Assembly: GCA_050008515.1 (NCBI GenBank)
Contig: JBEKMM010000014.1
Location: forward strand, 17,566 to 81,565
Source of the DNA: Candidatus Limnocylindrales bacterium
GTDB taxonomy: Bacteria > Chloroflexota > Limnocylindria > Limnocylindrales > CSP1-4
Length of the DNA stretch: 64,000 bases
Reading direction: 5' to 3'
In this document: positions 48,933 to 59,714 of the stretch, piece by piece
How the letters are laid out: every line of letters starts with the position of its first letter
Numbering within the stretch: the stretch's first letter is position 1
Notes under the pieces: model-generated
Seen by the model: only the letters and a program-made list of their open reading frames with translations
What the model was told of the DNA's origin: nothing
The model's database searches: none
Translations under genes and position numbers: made by a program

Positions 48933-49633
48933 GCGACGGCGGCGCGGTCGTCCTGATCGTCGAGGACGACGAGACGGCGCGGGTCGCGATCGCCGGCAAC
49001 CTGCGGGCGCGAGGCCACGAGGTCGACGAGGCGGGCGACGTGCGCGAGGCCCTGCGGCTGTGGGATTGCCGCCGCCCGGACCTCATCCTGCTCGACCTGG
49101 GATTGCCCGACCTGGACGGCCAGGCGGTCATACGCCGTGTCCGGCGCGAGGCCACGACGCCGATCATCGTGGTCTCGGCGCGAGGCCGCGAAGAGGATCG
49201 CGTCGCCGCTCTCGATGCGGGCGCGGACGACTACCTGACCAAGCCCTTCGGCCTGTCCGAGCTGCACGCCCGAATGCGGGCGGTCCTCCGGCGGGCGGCC
49301 GGGCCGGAGGCCGACACGGAGGGCCGGCTGCGTCTCGGGCCGGTCGTGATGGACGTGCCGCGCCACGAAGTCACCGTCGGCGAGGCGCCGGTGGAGCTGA
49401 CCCCGCGCGAGTTCGAGCTGCTCAAGGTGCTGCTGTCGCAGTCGGGGCGAGTCGTTACGGCGGGCCGGCTGCTCCGCGCCGTCTGGGGCACCGCGTACTC
49501 GGACGAGGGCCACTACCTCCACGTCTACGTCTCGCGCCTGCGCCGCAAGCTCGCCGCCGCCGACCCGTCGGGCGCCGCTGCGAAGCTCATCGTCGCCGAG
49601 CCCGGAGTCGGCTACCGCATCGTCGCGGAGTAG
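48929..49633 (+). CDS. kdpE: OmpR-family response regulator KdpE
   Basis: ATGA overlap with kdpD. Receiver LILLDLGLPDLDG and winged-helix C-terminus. Confidence 0.85.
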   Translation: MSDGGAVVLIVEDDETARVAIAGNLRARGHEVDEAGDVREALRLWDCRRPDLILLDLGLPDLDGQAVIRRVRREATTPIIVVSARGREEDRVAALDAGADDYLTKPFGLSELHARMRAVLRRAAGPEADTEGRLRLGPVVMDVPRHEVTVGEAPVELTPREFELLKVLLSQSGRVVTAGRLLRAVWGTAYSDEGHYLHVYVSRLRRKLAAADPSGAAAKLIVAEPGVGYRIVAE

Positions 49634-49781
49634 GGGAGACAGCCGGCCCGGAACCGCGGCCGCGGGGAACGAATCGCTCTGGCTGTGCGCCATAGTAGGT
49701 GAGAGACAGGCCGGAGACGCCGACCGGCTCGGCCGCGCAACGACGGGTTCGCCGCAGCCGCGGGGCAACGCCAGGGACGAG

Positions 49782-50309
49782 ATGGTCGCCATCGCAGGGA
49801 ATGTGGTTCTCGCCGCCAGATCGGGTGACGCCACCGCATTCGCTACGCTCGTCCACGTCGAGACTCCGGCCGCCTACCGCCTGGCCCTTTCCATCGTGCG
49901 CTCGCCCGTCGAGGCCGAAGACGCCGTGCAGGAAGCCTTCCTTCGGGCGTGGCGAGACATCCGCAGCTTGCGCGAGGCGGAACTCTGGCCGGCCTGGTTT
50001 CGAAGGCTCATCGTGCGATCGGCTCTCGATCAGACCCGGCGCCGACCGCGCGTTCGTGAGGTCGGCCTGGAGCTCGCGGCCGAGATGCCCGGGCTCGAAC
50101 CCGCCGTCCAGCCGGCCGATCGGCTCGAGCTGATTGCCGCCTTCGACCGCCTCGCTCCCGACGATCGGGCCATCCTCGCCCTCCGCTTCTTCGCCGACCT
50201 CGAGCTCCCCGACGCGGCGGCTGCGCTCGGCATCCCGCTCGGCACAGCCAAGTCACGATTGCACCGCGCCCTCGAGCGCCTTCGCGCACAAATGAGGCAA
50301 GAACCATGA
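49782..50309 (+). CDS. ECF (sigma-70 family) RNA polymerase sigma factor
   Basis: Region 2 EDAVQEAFLRAWRDI. Region 4 LPDAAAALGIPLGTAKSRLHRALERLR. Confidence 0.8.
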   Translation: MVAIAGNVVLAARSGDATAFATLVHVETPAAYRLALSIVRSPVEAEDAVQEAFLRAWRDIRSLREAELWPAWFRRLIVRSALDQTRRRPRVREVGLELAAEMPGLEPAVQPADRLELIAAFDRLAPDDRAILALRFFADLELPDAAAALGIPLGTAKSRLHRALERLRAQMRQEP

Positions 50310-51172
50310 AACCCGAAGAGCGTTTGGCCGACGCGTTGCACGCCACCCTCGATCCCGCCCGGCCCTTGCCGGACCTGGAGGATCGGATCGTGGAGCGCGT
50401 TTCGATCCGCGGGCGGCGAACCGTGCGATTCAACCCCCGTTTCGGCGTCGCGGGCGCGGCGGCTCTGTTGCTCGTTGTTGTCCTGGTCCCGCTCGCCCTC
50501 AGCCTTCGATCAAACGGCGGACCCGCCACCGGGGAGACGGCGTCCGACTTCACCTCGATGCCAACCAGCGTTCCGACAACGAGCACCGAAGCCACGGCAA
50601 CCTCCGCCCCGACCGAAGGACTCGCGCAGTTCCATCGCGACGGCCTTGCCTTCGACTACCCGGTCTCATGGAAGCTCAACGTTGTCGAGGTGAACGAGCA
50701 TTACATCCTCGTCCTCGACTTCCTCGGGACAGGGTTGGGTCAGGTGATCTGCACCGCTGTCACGCCTGGGCCGAGCGACCATTTCGTCAGCGGCGTCGAG
50801 TGCCCGATGGACTTCAAGGTCGATCCGGGCCAGGTCGAAATCCGACTGGAGCAGCTTGTAGGTCTGGCGGATCGCGGCCCGATCGATCCGAAGGATGCGA
50901 AGGCTCTCGCCTCGGGCGACGAGTACGTCACGGTCGGGGGCCAACCGGCGATCTTCCGGGCAGACGGCCGGGCCGATTCCGCCTCGGGACTGACGCTCAG
51001 CTGGACGCTCTGGGCGCCTGAGAACTCGCGCTTCGGCGGCACCTCTTACCTTCTCACGGCCATCATCAAGGCCCCGGGCGACGCGCAGATGCGCGCCCAG
51101 GTCGAAGCACTCACGGCGAGCATCCAGTACGACCACTACCAATCGCCGGCGCCGACGGCCAGCCCGTCCTAG
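50306..51172 (+). CDS. Putative anti-sigma factor (single-pass membrane protein with ~200-aa extracytoplasmic domain)
   Basis: ATGA-coupled to the ECF sigma gene. TM GVAGAAALLLVVVLVPLAL after a ~45-aa cytoplasmic N-terminus. Confidence 0.55.
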   Translation: MKPEERLADALHATLDPARPLPDLEDRIVERVSIRGRRTVRFNPRFGVAGAAALLLVVVLVPLALSLRSNGGPATGETASDFTSMPTSVPTTSTEATATSAPTEGLAQFHRDGLAFDYPVSWKLNVVEVNEHYILVLDFLGTGLGQVICTAVTPGPSDHFVSGVECPMDFKVDPGQVEIRLEQLVGLADRGPIDPKDAKALASGDEYVTVGGQPAIFRADGRADSASGLTLSWTLWAPENSRFGGTSYLLTAIIKAPGDAQMRAQVEALTASIQYDHYQSPAPTASPS

Positions 51173-51178
51173 CAGGGG

Positions 51179-51403
51179 CTACGTCGGCAGCTTCCGGCGG
51201 ACTTGCCAGCGCCGCAGCGCGACGCCCGACCAGACCAGCTCCACGCCGCCGAACGGCCAGGCGCCCTGCGCGAAGCCGCAGGCTGAGGATGCCAGGCGTG
51301 CCCCCGCGAACGCCATCACGAACACGGCCCATCGCGCCTCCAGCGCGGAGAAGGCCAGCATCGCGGTGACCGCCAACGCCCCAAAGAGCGTCAGCGGATC
51401 CAT
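51179..51403 (-). CDS. Small hydrophobic protein (74 aa) downstream of the KdpD-N sensor gene
   Basis: Internal Met of ORF 51179..51745 (MDPLTLFGALAVTAMLAFSALEARWAVFVMAFAG...). Confidence 0.3.
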   Translation of the reverse strand: MDPLTLFGALAVTAMLAFSALEARWAVFVMAFAGARLASSACGFAQGAWPFGGVELVWSGVALRRWQVRRKLPT

Positions 51404-51425
51404 GCCGCGATTCCGAGCCTGGACT

Positions 51426-52592
51426 TCACGGCTGGTGTTGTGCCGTCGGGGCCGGCTCGCCGACGAGGTGGACTTCCAGGCCCGGGACGGCGTCGAGGAG
51501 TCGGTCGGCGAGCGAGGCTCGGCCGAGATGCAGGCCACGGTGCGGCCGATGGACCAACACCAGGTGCGTGACGCGGCGGTCGCGGACCACCTCCTCCAGC
51601 CCGCGAGCAAGGTCCGAGGCCTCTCCTCTGATGATCTCGGCGCCCAGGTCGGTGGCGTAGTCCACGTGTGCCTGCAGGTTCTGCTGACGGTCGCGCGAGA
51701 GCTGCACCCCCGGCGTCTCGACGGCAATCGCCAGGAAAGGGGCATGCAACGCGCTTGCGATCGAGGCCGCCCGGCGCAGTGCCCGCCGGCATTCGGCCGA
51801 CTCGTCGACCAGCGCCATCACCCGCTCCGTCACCGATCCGACATACAGGCCCCGTTCGCTGACGATCTCCTCGAGCTGCTCGTCCACTTTGCCGGCCACG
51901 AATCGCAGCGAAAGGTCCCGCAGGGCGGTCAGGTTCGGCTCGGTGAAGAACCGTTCCAGGGCGAGGGTGGCGCGTTCGGCCGGATAGACGTTGCCGTGGC
52001 GCATGCGCTGGCGCAGCGCATGCGGGCTCATGTCGACCAGCTCGATCTCGTCGGCGGCGCGGACCACTTCGTCGGGGATGCGCTCGCGGACCGGCACGCC
52101 CAGGATCGTCTCGACCGCGTCCGCAATGGATTCGACGTGCTGGACGTTGCAGGTGCTGATGACCTCGATGCCGGCGTCGCGGATCCGATCGACGTCCTGC
52201 CAGCGCTTCTCCAGCGCGGAGCCCGGAACGTTGGTGTGGGCCAGCTCGTCGACGAGGGCAACGGTGGGATGGCGGGCAATCACCGCGTCGGCGTCCATCT
52301 CCTCCACGGCCACGCCGCGGTACTCCACGCGGCGCCGGGGCACGATCTCCAGGCCGTCGAGCTGGGCGGCCGTATTGCGCCGGCCGTAGGTCTCGACGAA
52401 GCCCACCACCACGTCCGTCCCGCGATCGTGGCGGCGGTGCGCCTCCTCGAGCATCTTGTAGGTCTTGCCCACGCCCGGGGCCATGCCCATGTAGATGCGA
52501 AGCCGACCGCGGGTCGGCTTCTGTTCGGCGTTCAGCCGGGCGAGCATCTGGTCGCCGGTGGGGCGGATGGGTTCCGCGGGTTCGGTGGTCAA
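51426..52592 (-). CDS. kdpD: Stand-alone KdpD N-terminal sensor domain protein (KdpD-N P-loop plus Usp domain)
   Basis: RLRIYMGMAPGVGKTYKML (KdpD-N Walker-like) and Usp-like C-terminal half. ATGA overlap with kdpC. Confidence 0.85.
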   Translation of the reverse strand: MTTEPAEPIRPTGDQMLARLNAEQKPTRGRLRIYMGMAPGVGKTYKMLEEAHRRHDRGTDVVVGFVETYGRRNTAAQLDGLEIVPRRRVEYRGVAVEEMDADAVIARHPTVALVDELAHTNVPGSALEKRWQDVDRIRDAGIEVISTCNVQHVESIADAVETILGVPVRERIPDEVVRAADEIELVDMSPHALRQRMRHGNVYPAERATLALERFFTEPNLTALRDLSLRFVAGKVDEQLEEIVSERGLYVGSVTERVMALVDESAECRRALRRAASIASALHAPFLAIAVETPGVQLSRDRQQNLQAHVDYATDLGAEIIRGEASDLARGLEEVVRDRRVTHLVLVHRPHRGLHLGRASLADRLLDAVPGLEVHLVGEPAPTAQHQP

Positions 52593-53167
52593 TTCAACAG
52601 TCCGTCGAGGTCGAGGTTGAGTTCGAGCACGTGGACGCCGGCCGAGCCGATGAAGCCGAGGAACGGCTGCGAGGTGTGGCGCTTCACCACTTCTCGGACC
52701 TGATCCTGAGTCATTCCGCGCGCCGCTGCAACGCGGGGAACCTGGTATTCCGCGGCAGCCGGGCTGATGTCCGGGTCCAGGCCGGAGGCGGAGGCCGTGA
52801 CCAGGTCCACGGGGATCGGGGCGTCGCCGTTCTCCTTGCGCAGCGCGTCCACCTGGGCGGTGATCCGGTCGATGAGGGCCTGCGAGGTCGGGGCCAGGTT
52901 CGAACCGCCGGAGAGGGTCGAGTCGTAGCCGGCCCCGGCCGCGGACGGTCGACCGGAGAAGTACTTCGGGTCGTCGAAGGACTGGCCGATCAGGCTCGAT
53001 CCGACGGTCTTGCCGTCGACGACGATCATCGAGCCGTTGGCCTGGCCGGGGAATGCCACCTGGGCGATGGCCGTGACCGCGGCCGGATAGGCGAGACCGG
53101 TGATCACAGTGAACGCCAGCAGGATCGCGACCGCAGGCCAGAGCTGGGTTCGAAGGAAGCTTCGCAT
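52589..53167 (-). CDS. kdpC: K+-transporting ATPase subunit C
   Basis: 192 aa, N-terminal TM, KdpC family pattern. Confidence 0.9.
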   Translation of the reverse strand: MRSFLRTQLWPAVAILLAFTVITGLAYPAAVTAIAQVAFPGQANGSMIVVDGKTVGSSLIGQSFDDPKYFSGRPSAAGAGYDSTLSGGSNLAPTSQALIDRITAQVDALRKENGDAPIPVDLVTASASGLDPDISPAAAEYQVPRVAAARGMTQDQVREVVKRHTSQPFLGFIGSAGVHVLELNLDLDGLLN

Positions 53168-53176
53168 CGTGTTCTC

Positions 53177-55375
53177 CTACGCCAGGTGAACGGCGGTGAT
53201 GAGGAGGTCGATCGCCTTGATGCCGAGGAATGGGGCGATGATTCCGCCGACTCCGTAGATCAGCAGGTTCCGCCGCAGGAGCTCGGCCGCCGGGGCAGCG
53301 CGGTAGGCGACGCCCCGGAGGGACAGCGGCACGAGGGCGATGATGATCAGCGCGTTGAAGATGACCGCCGAAAGGATCGCGCTCTCCGGCCGAGCCAGAC
53401 CCATCACGTTGAGGGCGTTCAGCTCTGGGTAGGCCACCACGAACATTGCCGGCAGGATGGCGAAGTACTTGGCCACATCGTTCGCGATCGAGAAAGTCGT
53501 GATCGCACCGCGGGTGATCAGCAGCTGCTTGCCGATGGCGATGACTTCGATCAGCTTGGTGGGGTCCGAGTCGAGGTCGACCATGTTGGCCGCTTCCTTG
53601 CAGGCGGAAGTGCCGCTGTTCATGGCCAGTCCCACGTCGGCCTGAGCCACGGCCGGGGCGTCGTTTGTGCCATCGCCGGTCATGGCCACGAGGTGGCCGT
53701 CGGCCTGCTCGGCCCGGATGCGGGCGATCTTTTCCTCGGGCTTGGCCTGGGCCATGAACTCGTCGACGCCCGCTTCGGCGGCGATCGTCTTTGCAGTCAG
53801 CGGGTTGTCGCCGGTGACCATGACCGTCCGGATGCCCATGCGGCGCAGCTCGTCGAAACGCGCCTTCAGGCCCGGCTTGACGGTGTCCTTGAGCTCGATG
53901 ACCCCGAGGGGCTTGCCGTTCCGGCGGATCGCCAGGGGGGTTGCGCCGAGCGAAGCGATCTCGTCGGACAAGGTCCGCATCTCGGGGGGAGCTTCGCCAT
54001 CCAACGCCGCGACGATTGCGTCCACCGCGCCCTTGAGCACGACGGTGCCATCGGCGAGGATCACGCCGCTGGTCCGGGACTCTGCGCTGAACGGGACCAC
54101 CGTGGCGACGTCATCCGCGGCCGACTTCGCCGCCGCCGCTCCAGGGCGGACAGGCGCGATCTCCGCCAGGCGCTTCTGCGCCAGCTCGACGATGGATCGG
54201 CCCTCCGGAGTTTCGTCTTCACGGGAGGTCAGAAGCGCCGCCTCGACGGCCGCCCGCTCGGTCACTCCCGGCAATGCCACGATCCGCGATGCCAGGCGGT
54301 TACCGAAGGTGATCGTGCCGGTCTTGTCGAGCAAGATCACGTCCACGTCACCGGCCGCCTCGACGGCCCGACCGCTCATGGCCAGCACGTTGAAGCGGGC
54401 GACACGGTCCATGCCGGCGATGCCGATGGCGGACAGGAGGCCGCCGATCGTGGTCGGGATCAGGCAGACCAGGAGGGCCACCAGGACCACGATTCCGAGC
54501 GGTGCGCCCGCGTACAAACCGAATGGCCGCAGGGTTGCCGTCGCCAGCAGGAAGACGATGGTCAGGCCGGAGAGCAGGATCGAAAGCGCGATCTCGTTGG
54601 GCGTTCGCTGTCGCTTCGCACCCTCGACCAGGGCGATCATTCGATCGAGGAAGGTCTCACCGGGGTTGGCGGTGATGCAGATCGTGAGCGTGTCGCTGGT
54701 GAGCGTGGTGCCGCCGGTGACGCTGCTCCGGATGTCCGTGCCGGGCTCCTTGAGAACGGGCGCGGACTCGCCGGTGATGACCGCTTCGTTGACGTAGGCC
54801 ACGCCTTCGATGACGTCGCCGTCGCCGGGTATCGTCTCGCCCTCGCGCACGACGATCACGTCGCCGGCGCGGAGCGCCGAGGATCCGACCTCTTCGAACG
54901 TGCCGTCGTCGGAGCGACGGTGGGCTGGCGTCTCCGAGCGGGTCTTGCGCAAGGTTGCCGCCTGGGCCTTGCCGCGTGCCTCGGCAAGTGCCTCGGCGTA
55001 CGTGGCGAAGTAGACGGTGAACCACAGCCAGATCGCGATCTGGAGCTCGAAGGCCGTAGCTCGGCCGATTTCGCCAACGGCGGCCTTGCTCAGGCCGACG
55101 AAGTCGGAGATGAGGATCACGGTCACCAGGGCGGCCGTGACCTCGACCACGAACATAACGGGGTTCCTGGCGAGCTGGCGCGGGTCCATCTTGCGCACGG
55201 CCGGTCCAAGTGCTCCGCGCAGGAGCTTGGGGTCGAAGATGCCCCGGTTGCTCGGGCCGCCGCCCGCCCGCGCCTGGCGGTCTTCGCGAGCCACGCGACG
55301 GGTGCCGCGGGCCGTGTCGACCACGGAGAAAGGAAGGGGCTTGCGGCGGAAGCCGCCCGCGACTTCGAAGGCCAT
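53177..55375 (-). CDS. kdpB: K+-transporting P-type ATPase subunit B
   Basis: DKTGTIT phosphorylation site, [13 protein letters not shown]. Confidence 0.9.
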   Translation of the reverse strand: MAFEVAGGFRRKPLPFSVVDTARGTRRVAREDRQARAGGGPSNRGIFDPKLLRGALGPAVRKMDPRQLARNPVMFVVEVTAALVTVILISDFVGLSKAAVGEIGRATAFELQIAIWLWFTVYFATYAEALAEARGKAQAATLRKTRSETPAHRRSDDGTFEEVGSSALRAGDVIVVREGETIPGDGDVIEGVAYVNEAVITGESAPVLKEPGTDIRSSVTGGTTLTSDTLTICITANPGETFLDRMIALVEGAKRQRTPNEIALSILLSGLTIVFLLATATLRPFGLYAGAPLGIVVLVALLVCLIPTTIGGLLSAIGIAGMDRVARFNVLAMSGRAVEAAGDVDVILLDKTGTITFGNRLASRIVALPGVTERAAVEAALLTSREDETPEGRSIVELAQKRLAEIAPVRPGAAAAKSAADDVATVVPFSAESRTSGVILADGTVVLKGAVDAIVAALDGEAPPEMRTLSDEIASLGATPLAIRRNGKPLGVIELKDTVKPGLKARFDELRRMGIRTVMVTGDNPLTAKTIAAEAGVDEFMAQAKPEEKIARIRAEQADGHLVAMTGDGTNDAPAVAQADVGLAMNSGTSACKEAANMVDLDSDPTKLIEVIAIGKQLLITRGAITTFSIANDVAKYFAILPAMFVVAYPELNALNVMGLARPESAILSAVIFNALIIIALVPLSLRGVAYRAAPAAELLRRNLLIYGVGGIIAPFLGIKAIDLLITAVHLA

Positions 55376-57105
55376 CAGAAGAGCCTCCCGGCGTTGTTGA
55401 TGAGCTGGTCGACGATCGGACCGAGTGCCAGCGCGGGGAAGAAGGTCAGCGCGCCGACGATGACGATCACGCCGATCAGCAGCCCGACCCAGATCGGTCC
55501 GGTCGTGGGGAATGTGCCCAGGGACGGGGCGACGCGGCGCTTACCGGCCATGGAGCCGGCGATGGCCAGGATCGGCACGATCATTGCGTAGCGGCCCAGC
55601 ATCATCGCGAAGGCACCGGTCACGTTGTAGAAGAGGGTGTTGCCACTCAGCCCGGCGAAGGCAGAGCCGTTGTTGCCGGTCTGGCTCGAGAAGGCGTAGA
55701 GGATCTCGCTGAAGCCGTGTGGGCCGCTGTTCAGCGGCCCGGCTTTGCCCGCTGGCGTGGCTGTCGCTAAGGCTGTGAAGAAGAGAATGCTGAAAGCCAG
55801 GGAGAGGACGACGAGCATCGCCATCTTCATCTCGTAGGCCTCGATCTTCTTGCCCAGGAACTCGGGCGTGCGGCCCACCATGAGCCCCGCTATGAAGACC
55901 GCGATGATGGCGAAGACGAGGATGCCGTACAGGCCTGCGCCGACGCCGCCCGGAGTGATCTCGCCGAGCTCCATGTTGAAGAGCGGCACCAGGCCGCCGA
56001 CCGGCAGGAAGCTGTCGTGCATCGAGTCCACGGCCCCGGTGCTGGTGCCGGTCGTGACCGTCGCGAACAGGCCGCTCGTGTCAGCCCCGAAACGAACCTC
56101 CTTGCCCTCCATGTTGCCGGCCGATTGGTCGACGCTCTGCGCGACCGCCGCCGGGATGGAGGGGTTGGACCGCTCCTCGCTCGACATCGCCACCAGTGAG
56201 CCCGTGCCGACGACGATGACCATGACCGCGAGGAGAGCCCAGCCCTGTCGCGTGTTGCCGGCCATCCGTCCAAAGGTGTTCGTCAGGGCGAAGGGAATGA
56301 CCAGGATGAGCAGCATCTCAACCCAGTTCGAGAGCGTGGTGGGGTTCTCGAACGGGTGGGCCGAGTTGGCGTTGAAGAAGCCGCCGCCGTTGGTGCCCAG
56401 CTCCTTGATGGCCTCCTGGGAGGCGACCGGGCCGAGCGGGATGATCTGCGGGGCGCCCTGGAGGGTATGAACGGTGATCGAGCTCGCGAAGGTCTGGATC
56501 ACGCCCTGGGAGACGAGGACCAGCGCGCCGACGAAGGCGATCGGCAGCAGGATGTAGAGGGTGCCGCGGGTCAGGTCGACCCAGAAGTTGCCGATGGTCG
56601 CCGACGACCTGCGGACCAGGCCGCGGGTCAGGGCGAGGGCAACGGCGATGCCGGTCGCGGCCGAGACGAAGTTGCGGACGCCGAGCCCGGCCATCTGGGT
56701 CAGGTAGGTCATCGTCGACTCGCCGGAGTAGTTCTGCCAGTTCGTGTTCGTATCGAAGCTGACGGAAGTGTTGTAGGCGAGATCCGGCGCGACGGGCCCG
56801 ACGCTTATGCCGCTCTGGTTCAGCGGCAGGGATGCCTGCAGGCGCTGCTGCAGGTAGAGGGCCAGGATGCACACGAACGAGAAGACGATCACGGAGACCG
56901 CGTAGGCGGTCCAGCGCTGCTCGACGGTCTCGTCGATGCGGAGGACCTTGTAGATGCCGCGCTCGACCGGCCGGAGGATCGGCGACAGGAAGACTCGCTC
57001 GCCTTCCATCACATTGCGCATGTAGCCGCCGAGCGGCCGCGCCAGGAGGATGGCGACGGCGAAGAGGCTGACGGCCTGGAGCAGACCAAGAGGCGAGGGG
57101 ATCAT
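55375..57105 (-). CDS. kdpA: K+-transporting ATPase subunit A
   Basis: 576 aa polytopic KdpA. 1-nt TGATG overlap with kdpB. Confidence 0.9.
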   Translation of the reverse strand: MIPSPLGLLQAVSLFAVAILLARPLGGYMRNVMEGERVFLSPILRPVERGIYKVLRIDETVEQRWTAYAVSVIVFSFVCILALYLQQRLQASLPLNQSGISVGPVAPDLAYNTSVSFDTNTNWQNYSGESTMTYLTQMAGLGVRNFVSAATGIAVALALTRGLVRRSSATIGNFWVDLTRGTLYILLPIAFVGALVLVSQGVIQTFASSITVHTLQGAPQIIPLGPVASQEAIKELGTNGGGFFNANSAHPFENPTTLSNWVEMLLILVIPFALTNTFGRMAGNTRQGWALLAVMVIVVGTGSLVAMSSEERSNPSIPAAVAQSVDQSAGNMEGKEVRFGADTSGLFATVTTGTSTGAVDSMHDSFLPVGGLVPLFNMELGEITPGGVGAGLYGILVFAIIAVFIAGLMVGRTPEFLGKKIEAYEMKMAMLVVLSLAFSILFFTALATATPAGKAGPLNSGPHGFSEILYAFSSQTGNNGSAFAGLSGNTLFYNVTGAFAMMLGRYAMIVPILAIAGSMAGKRRVAPSLGTFPTTGPIWVGLLIGVIVIVGALTFFPALALGPIVDQLINNAGRLF

Positions 57106-57195
57106 CTAGAACTTCTCCGCTCGCAGGAGGGTGAACAGCAGGTAGATACCGAGGAATAGGACGATCACGCCGCCCAGCAGGTCTTGGGCGTTCAT
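57106..57195 (-). CDS. kdpF: K+-transporting ATPase subunit F (29 aa)
   Basis: Reverse translation gives MNAQDLLGGVIVLFLGIYLLFTLLRAEKF. Its TAG stop is immediately followed by the kdpA ATG. Too short for the ORF track. Confidence 0.6.
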   Translation of the reverse strand: MNAQDLLGGVIVLFLGIYLLFTLLRAEKF

Positions 57196-57284
57196 CGGGC
57201 CAACCGGTCGCAGAGCCAGATCAGGCCCAAGAAACCCAACAGCCAGGCTGCCATCAGGGCGATCATTGCCAAGTCAAAAGGCAT
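57192..57284 (-). CDS. 30-aa hydrophobic peptide (MPFDLAMIALMAAWLLGFLGLIWLCDRLAR), translationally coupled (ATGA) to kdpF
   Basis: GGGAGG-N5-ATG. Single TM helix. The C-terminal part of ORF 57192..57470. Confidence 0.4.
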   Translation of the reverse strand: MPFDLAMIALMAAWLLGFLGLIWLCDRLAR

Positions 57285-57699
57285 CGAATCCTCCCTGGGG
57301 GGCCGGGGTTTCGGCGCCGCCCGCCTCACTGTGGTGGCGTTCGACGATCTCGACGAGCGTCGAAACGGCGAAGGGTTTGGGCAGGTAGCCGGCGCAGTCG
57401 AACTCGCGCAGTCGAGAGGGCGGAATGTTCGTGGCGCTGACCACGAAGACGGGCGGCTTGCCGGCCGCATCCAGCCCGCCGGAGCGGAGGAAGCCCCAGC
57501 CGGAGTCGCCCGGCAGGTTGATGTCGAGGAGCACGATCGTCGGTCGGTAGCCCGCGCGGATCATCTCCGTGGCTTCTTCCGCCGAGGTCGCGACACGTGC
57601 ATCGTGGCCGCGAGCCTTCAGGTGCTTCGAGACGATCGTCGCCAGCGGCAGGTCGTCCTCGATCAGCAAGACTCGGGCCGGGGTGACTGCGCTACTCAT
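57274..57699 (-). CDS. Single-domain response regulator (CheY-like receiver only)
   Basis: VLLIEDDLPLA...VLLDINLPGDSG...KP. No output domain. Confidence 0.75.
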   Translation of the reverse strand: MSSAVTPARVLLIEDDLPLATIVSKHLKARGHDARVATSAEEATEMIRAGYRPTIVLLDINLPGDSGWGFLRSGGLDAAGKPPVFVVSATNIPPSRLREFDCAGYLPKPFAVSTLVEIVERHHSEAGGAETPAPQGGFDAF

Positions 57700-57961
57700 C
57701 GATCTTCCGCACGACCAGGTCGCAGCCCGCGTCGTCGGGCCAGGGGAGCGGCTCGAGGCGGAGACCCTTCGACTCGGCGTTCGCCTGGAACTGCCGCGCG
57801 ATCTGCTCGCCGAATCTCAGTCCGCTGAGCGTGATCCGCGAGGCCGCGCCCGACGCAACGAGCGCGATGGCGCTCTCGACTTCGGCGACCTCTGAGGTCA
57901 GCCGGCGCCGGGTCTCCTCCGGATCGGGAGTCGCGTCCAAACGTGCTGCGTCGCGTTCCAT
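57692..57961 (-). CDS. Hypothetical small protein (89 aa) overlapping the receiver gene start by 8 nt
   Basis: ORF track. Same strand and overlap suggest co-transcription with the receiver/kdp genes. Confidence 0.35.
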   Translation of the reverse strand: MERDAARLDATPDPEETRRRLTSEVAEVESAIALVASGAASRITLSGLRFGEQIARQFQANAESKGLRLEPLPWPDDAGCDLVVRKIDE

Positions 57962-58112
57962 GTCACCAGGATCGCCGCACCCCCAAGAGGCGGCTGTGGT
58001 CCGAGGGTGGCGGATCGCTAAACGCGGTCTAAACGAGTTGGCCGGCTACGGCGGCCGGTCGGTGCCAGACCGCGCATAGGCGCCGACCGCCGCGCGGGGG
58101 TAGGATCGGCGC

Positions 58113-59309
58113 ATGACCGCGACCTTGTATCGCGACGGGGCGCTGGCGGATGGTCGTTCGGACCGACTCCGCCTGGGCGTCAGTGTCCTGGTCGTCGGCG
58201 GCGTCGTCGCCTGGATCCGCCCGAGCGACGACGAAGGCCCGGTGCCCGCGGCCGTCGAGATCGTGGATGCGAGCGGCTCCACGATCGTCCCCGGCATGAT
58301 CGACTGCCACAGCCACCTGACGCTCCCGGGCGGAGCCCACTGGATCGCCCGTATCGACGATCCGCCGGAGCGCCTGCTGGAAGTGGCCGAGGCCAACGGC
58401 CGGCTCATGACCGGGGCCGGAGTTCGCTGGGCTCGCGACGTCGGCGCGCCGAGGGTCGCCGACCCGGTCGATGGGCGGCTCCGCGCCCTGAGCCTGGGCG
58501 TCCGCGACCGGTGGCGCGGCCGCGCCGGCTTCCCGCACGTCCGGGCGGCGGGAACCTGGCTGGACCGGGCCGGCGGCACCATGCCCGGCCAGCGTGCTGT
58601 GGAGGCGGAGACCGCGGACGAGCTGCTGGCGCTGGCGATCGGCCAGCTCGACGACGGGGCCGACCTGCTCAAGCTCTACCTGGACGGCCCCGAGCCGGGC
58701 GTCGCGCCCTGGACGCGCGACGAGCTGGCGCCGGTCGTGGCGACGGCGCATGCGCGGGGCGTGAAGGTGACGGCCCACTCGGGCAACCTCGCCGGGGCGC
58801 GCGAGGGAGTAGCCGCGGGCGTGGATTCGCTCGAGCACGGGATGGAGCTAGACGCCGAGCTTGCCGCCGAGATGGCCGTCCGGGGTACGGCGCTCGTCTC
58901 GACGCTGGCGATCTTCCGGTCCTGGCGCAGCTTTGGGACTACCACCTCGATCCCTCGCTTCTCTTCGCCGGACGGCCGGACGAGGATCCTCGCCCGTCAG
59001 GCTCGGGCGCAGGAGAGCGTCCGCCTGGCGCACGCCGCAGGAGTCGCGATCGCCACAGGGACCGATTTCGGGGGCGGATCCACCCGAGCCAACCAGCTCG
59101 CGTGGGAGGTCGAGTGCCTGGTCGAGGCCGGGCTGCAGCCCTGGGAGGCCCTAGGCGCCGCGACCTGGCGGGGCGGGGAGCTGCTGGGCGAGCCCGACGC
59201 CGGAGTCATCCGCGAAGGCGGCCCTGCCGACTTCTGCCTGGTGCACGGCGACCCGCTCTCGGATCCCACCGCGCTCTGGCGGGTCTGGCACGTCGCCTGG
59301 GTCCGCTGA
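58113..59309 (+). CDS. Amidohydrolase-family metal-dependent hydrolase
   Basis: PGMIDCHSHL metal-binding motif and amidohydrolase fold pattern. Confidence 0.8.
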   Translation: MTATLYRDGALADGRSDRLRLGVSVLVVGGVVAWIRPSDDEGPVPAAVEIVDASGSTIVPGMIDCHSHLTLPGGAHWIARIDDPPERLLEVAEANGRLMTGAGVRWARDVGAPRVADPVDGRLRALSLGVRDRWRGRAGFPHVRAAGTWLDRAGGTMPGQRAVEAETADELLALAIGQLDDGADLLKLYLDGPEPGVAPWTRDELAPVVATAHARGVKVTAHSGNLAGAREGVAAGVDSLEHGMELDAELAAEMAVRGTALVSTLAIFRSWRSFGTTTSIPRFSSPDGRTRILARQARAQESVRLAHAAGVAIATGTDFGGGSTRANQLAWEVECLVEAGLQPWEALGAATWRGGELLGEPDAGVIREGGPADFCLVHGDPLSDPTALWRVWHVAWVR

Positions 59310-59350
59310 GGGCGCCGGCGCGGCGATTGGCGGTGCGACCGCTCGCGGCC

Positions 59351-59420
59351 TGGTGCCCCAAGGGGGTTTGAGGGCGCACCCACCAACGGAATCGAGAGCT
59401 CTCGCGTTCTACGCGTAAGG
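59351..59420 (+). repeat. Copy A of a three-copy intergenic motif: GC hairpin (GGTGCCCCAAGGGGG) plus conserved core GAGGGCGCACCCACCAACG plus CTACG..AAGG tail
   Basis: The 19-nt core is identical in all three copies (59370-59388, 62521-62539, 63860-63878). Confidence 0.55.
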
Positions 59421-59714
59421 CAGCTGCGGACGCCACCAGGGCGACCCCGACGGCCACGGTCGCCTCTGTGACGTCTGACCCGTCTCGGCTACAGCTTCGT
59501 CGTCATCACTGCTACGACGCGAGCCGCGGGGACGCCGAGATCCTCGTCGCCCGCGATGGCGACGGAAGCCTGCGCGTCATCGACTGTGGCAAGGCGCGTC
59601 CAGAGCCGCCAGACGTCGGCCCGTCAGGCCAGGGGACGTTCGGCGGGGGCCGTCGCCTGGGTTGTGCCCGCCAACTGACCCGACCAAGGGGCGAAGTGTC
59701 AAACTGGACTGACA

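Noticed and set aside
52631-55591. 986-aa plus-strand ORF
   Set aside because: Antisense to kdpC/kdpB, which carry unmistakable motifs. Translation is Gly/Arg/Asp-rich noise.
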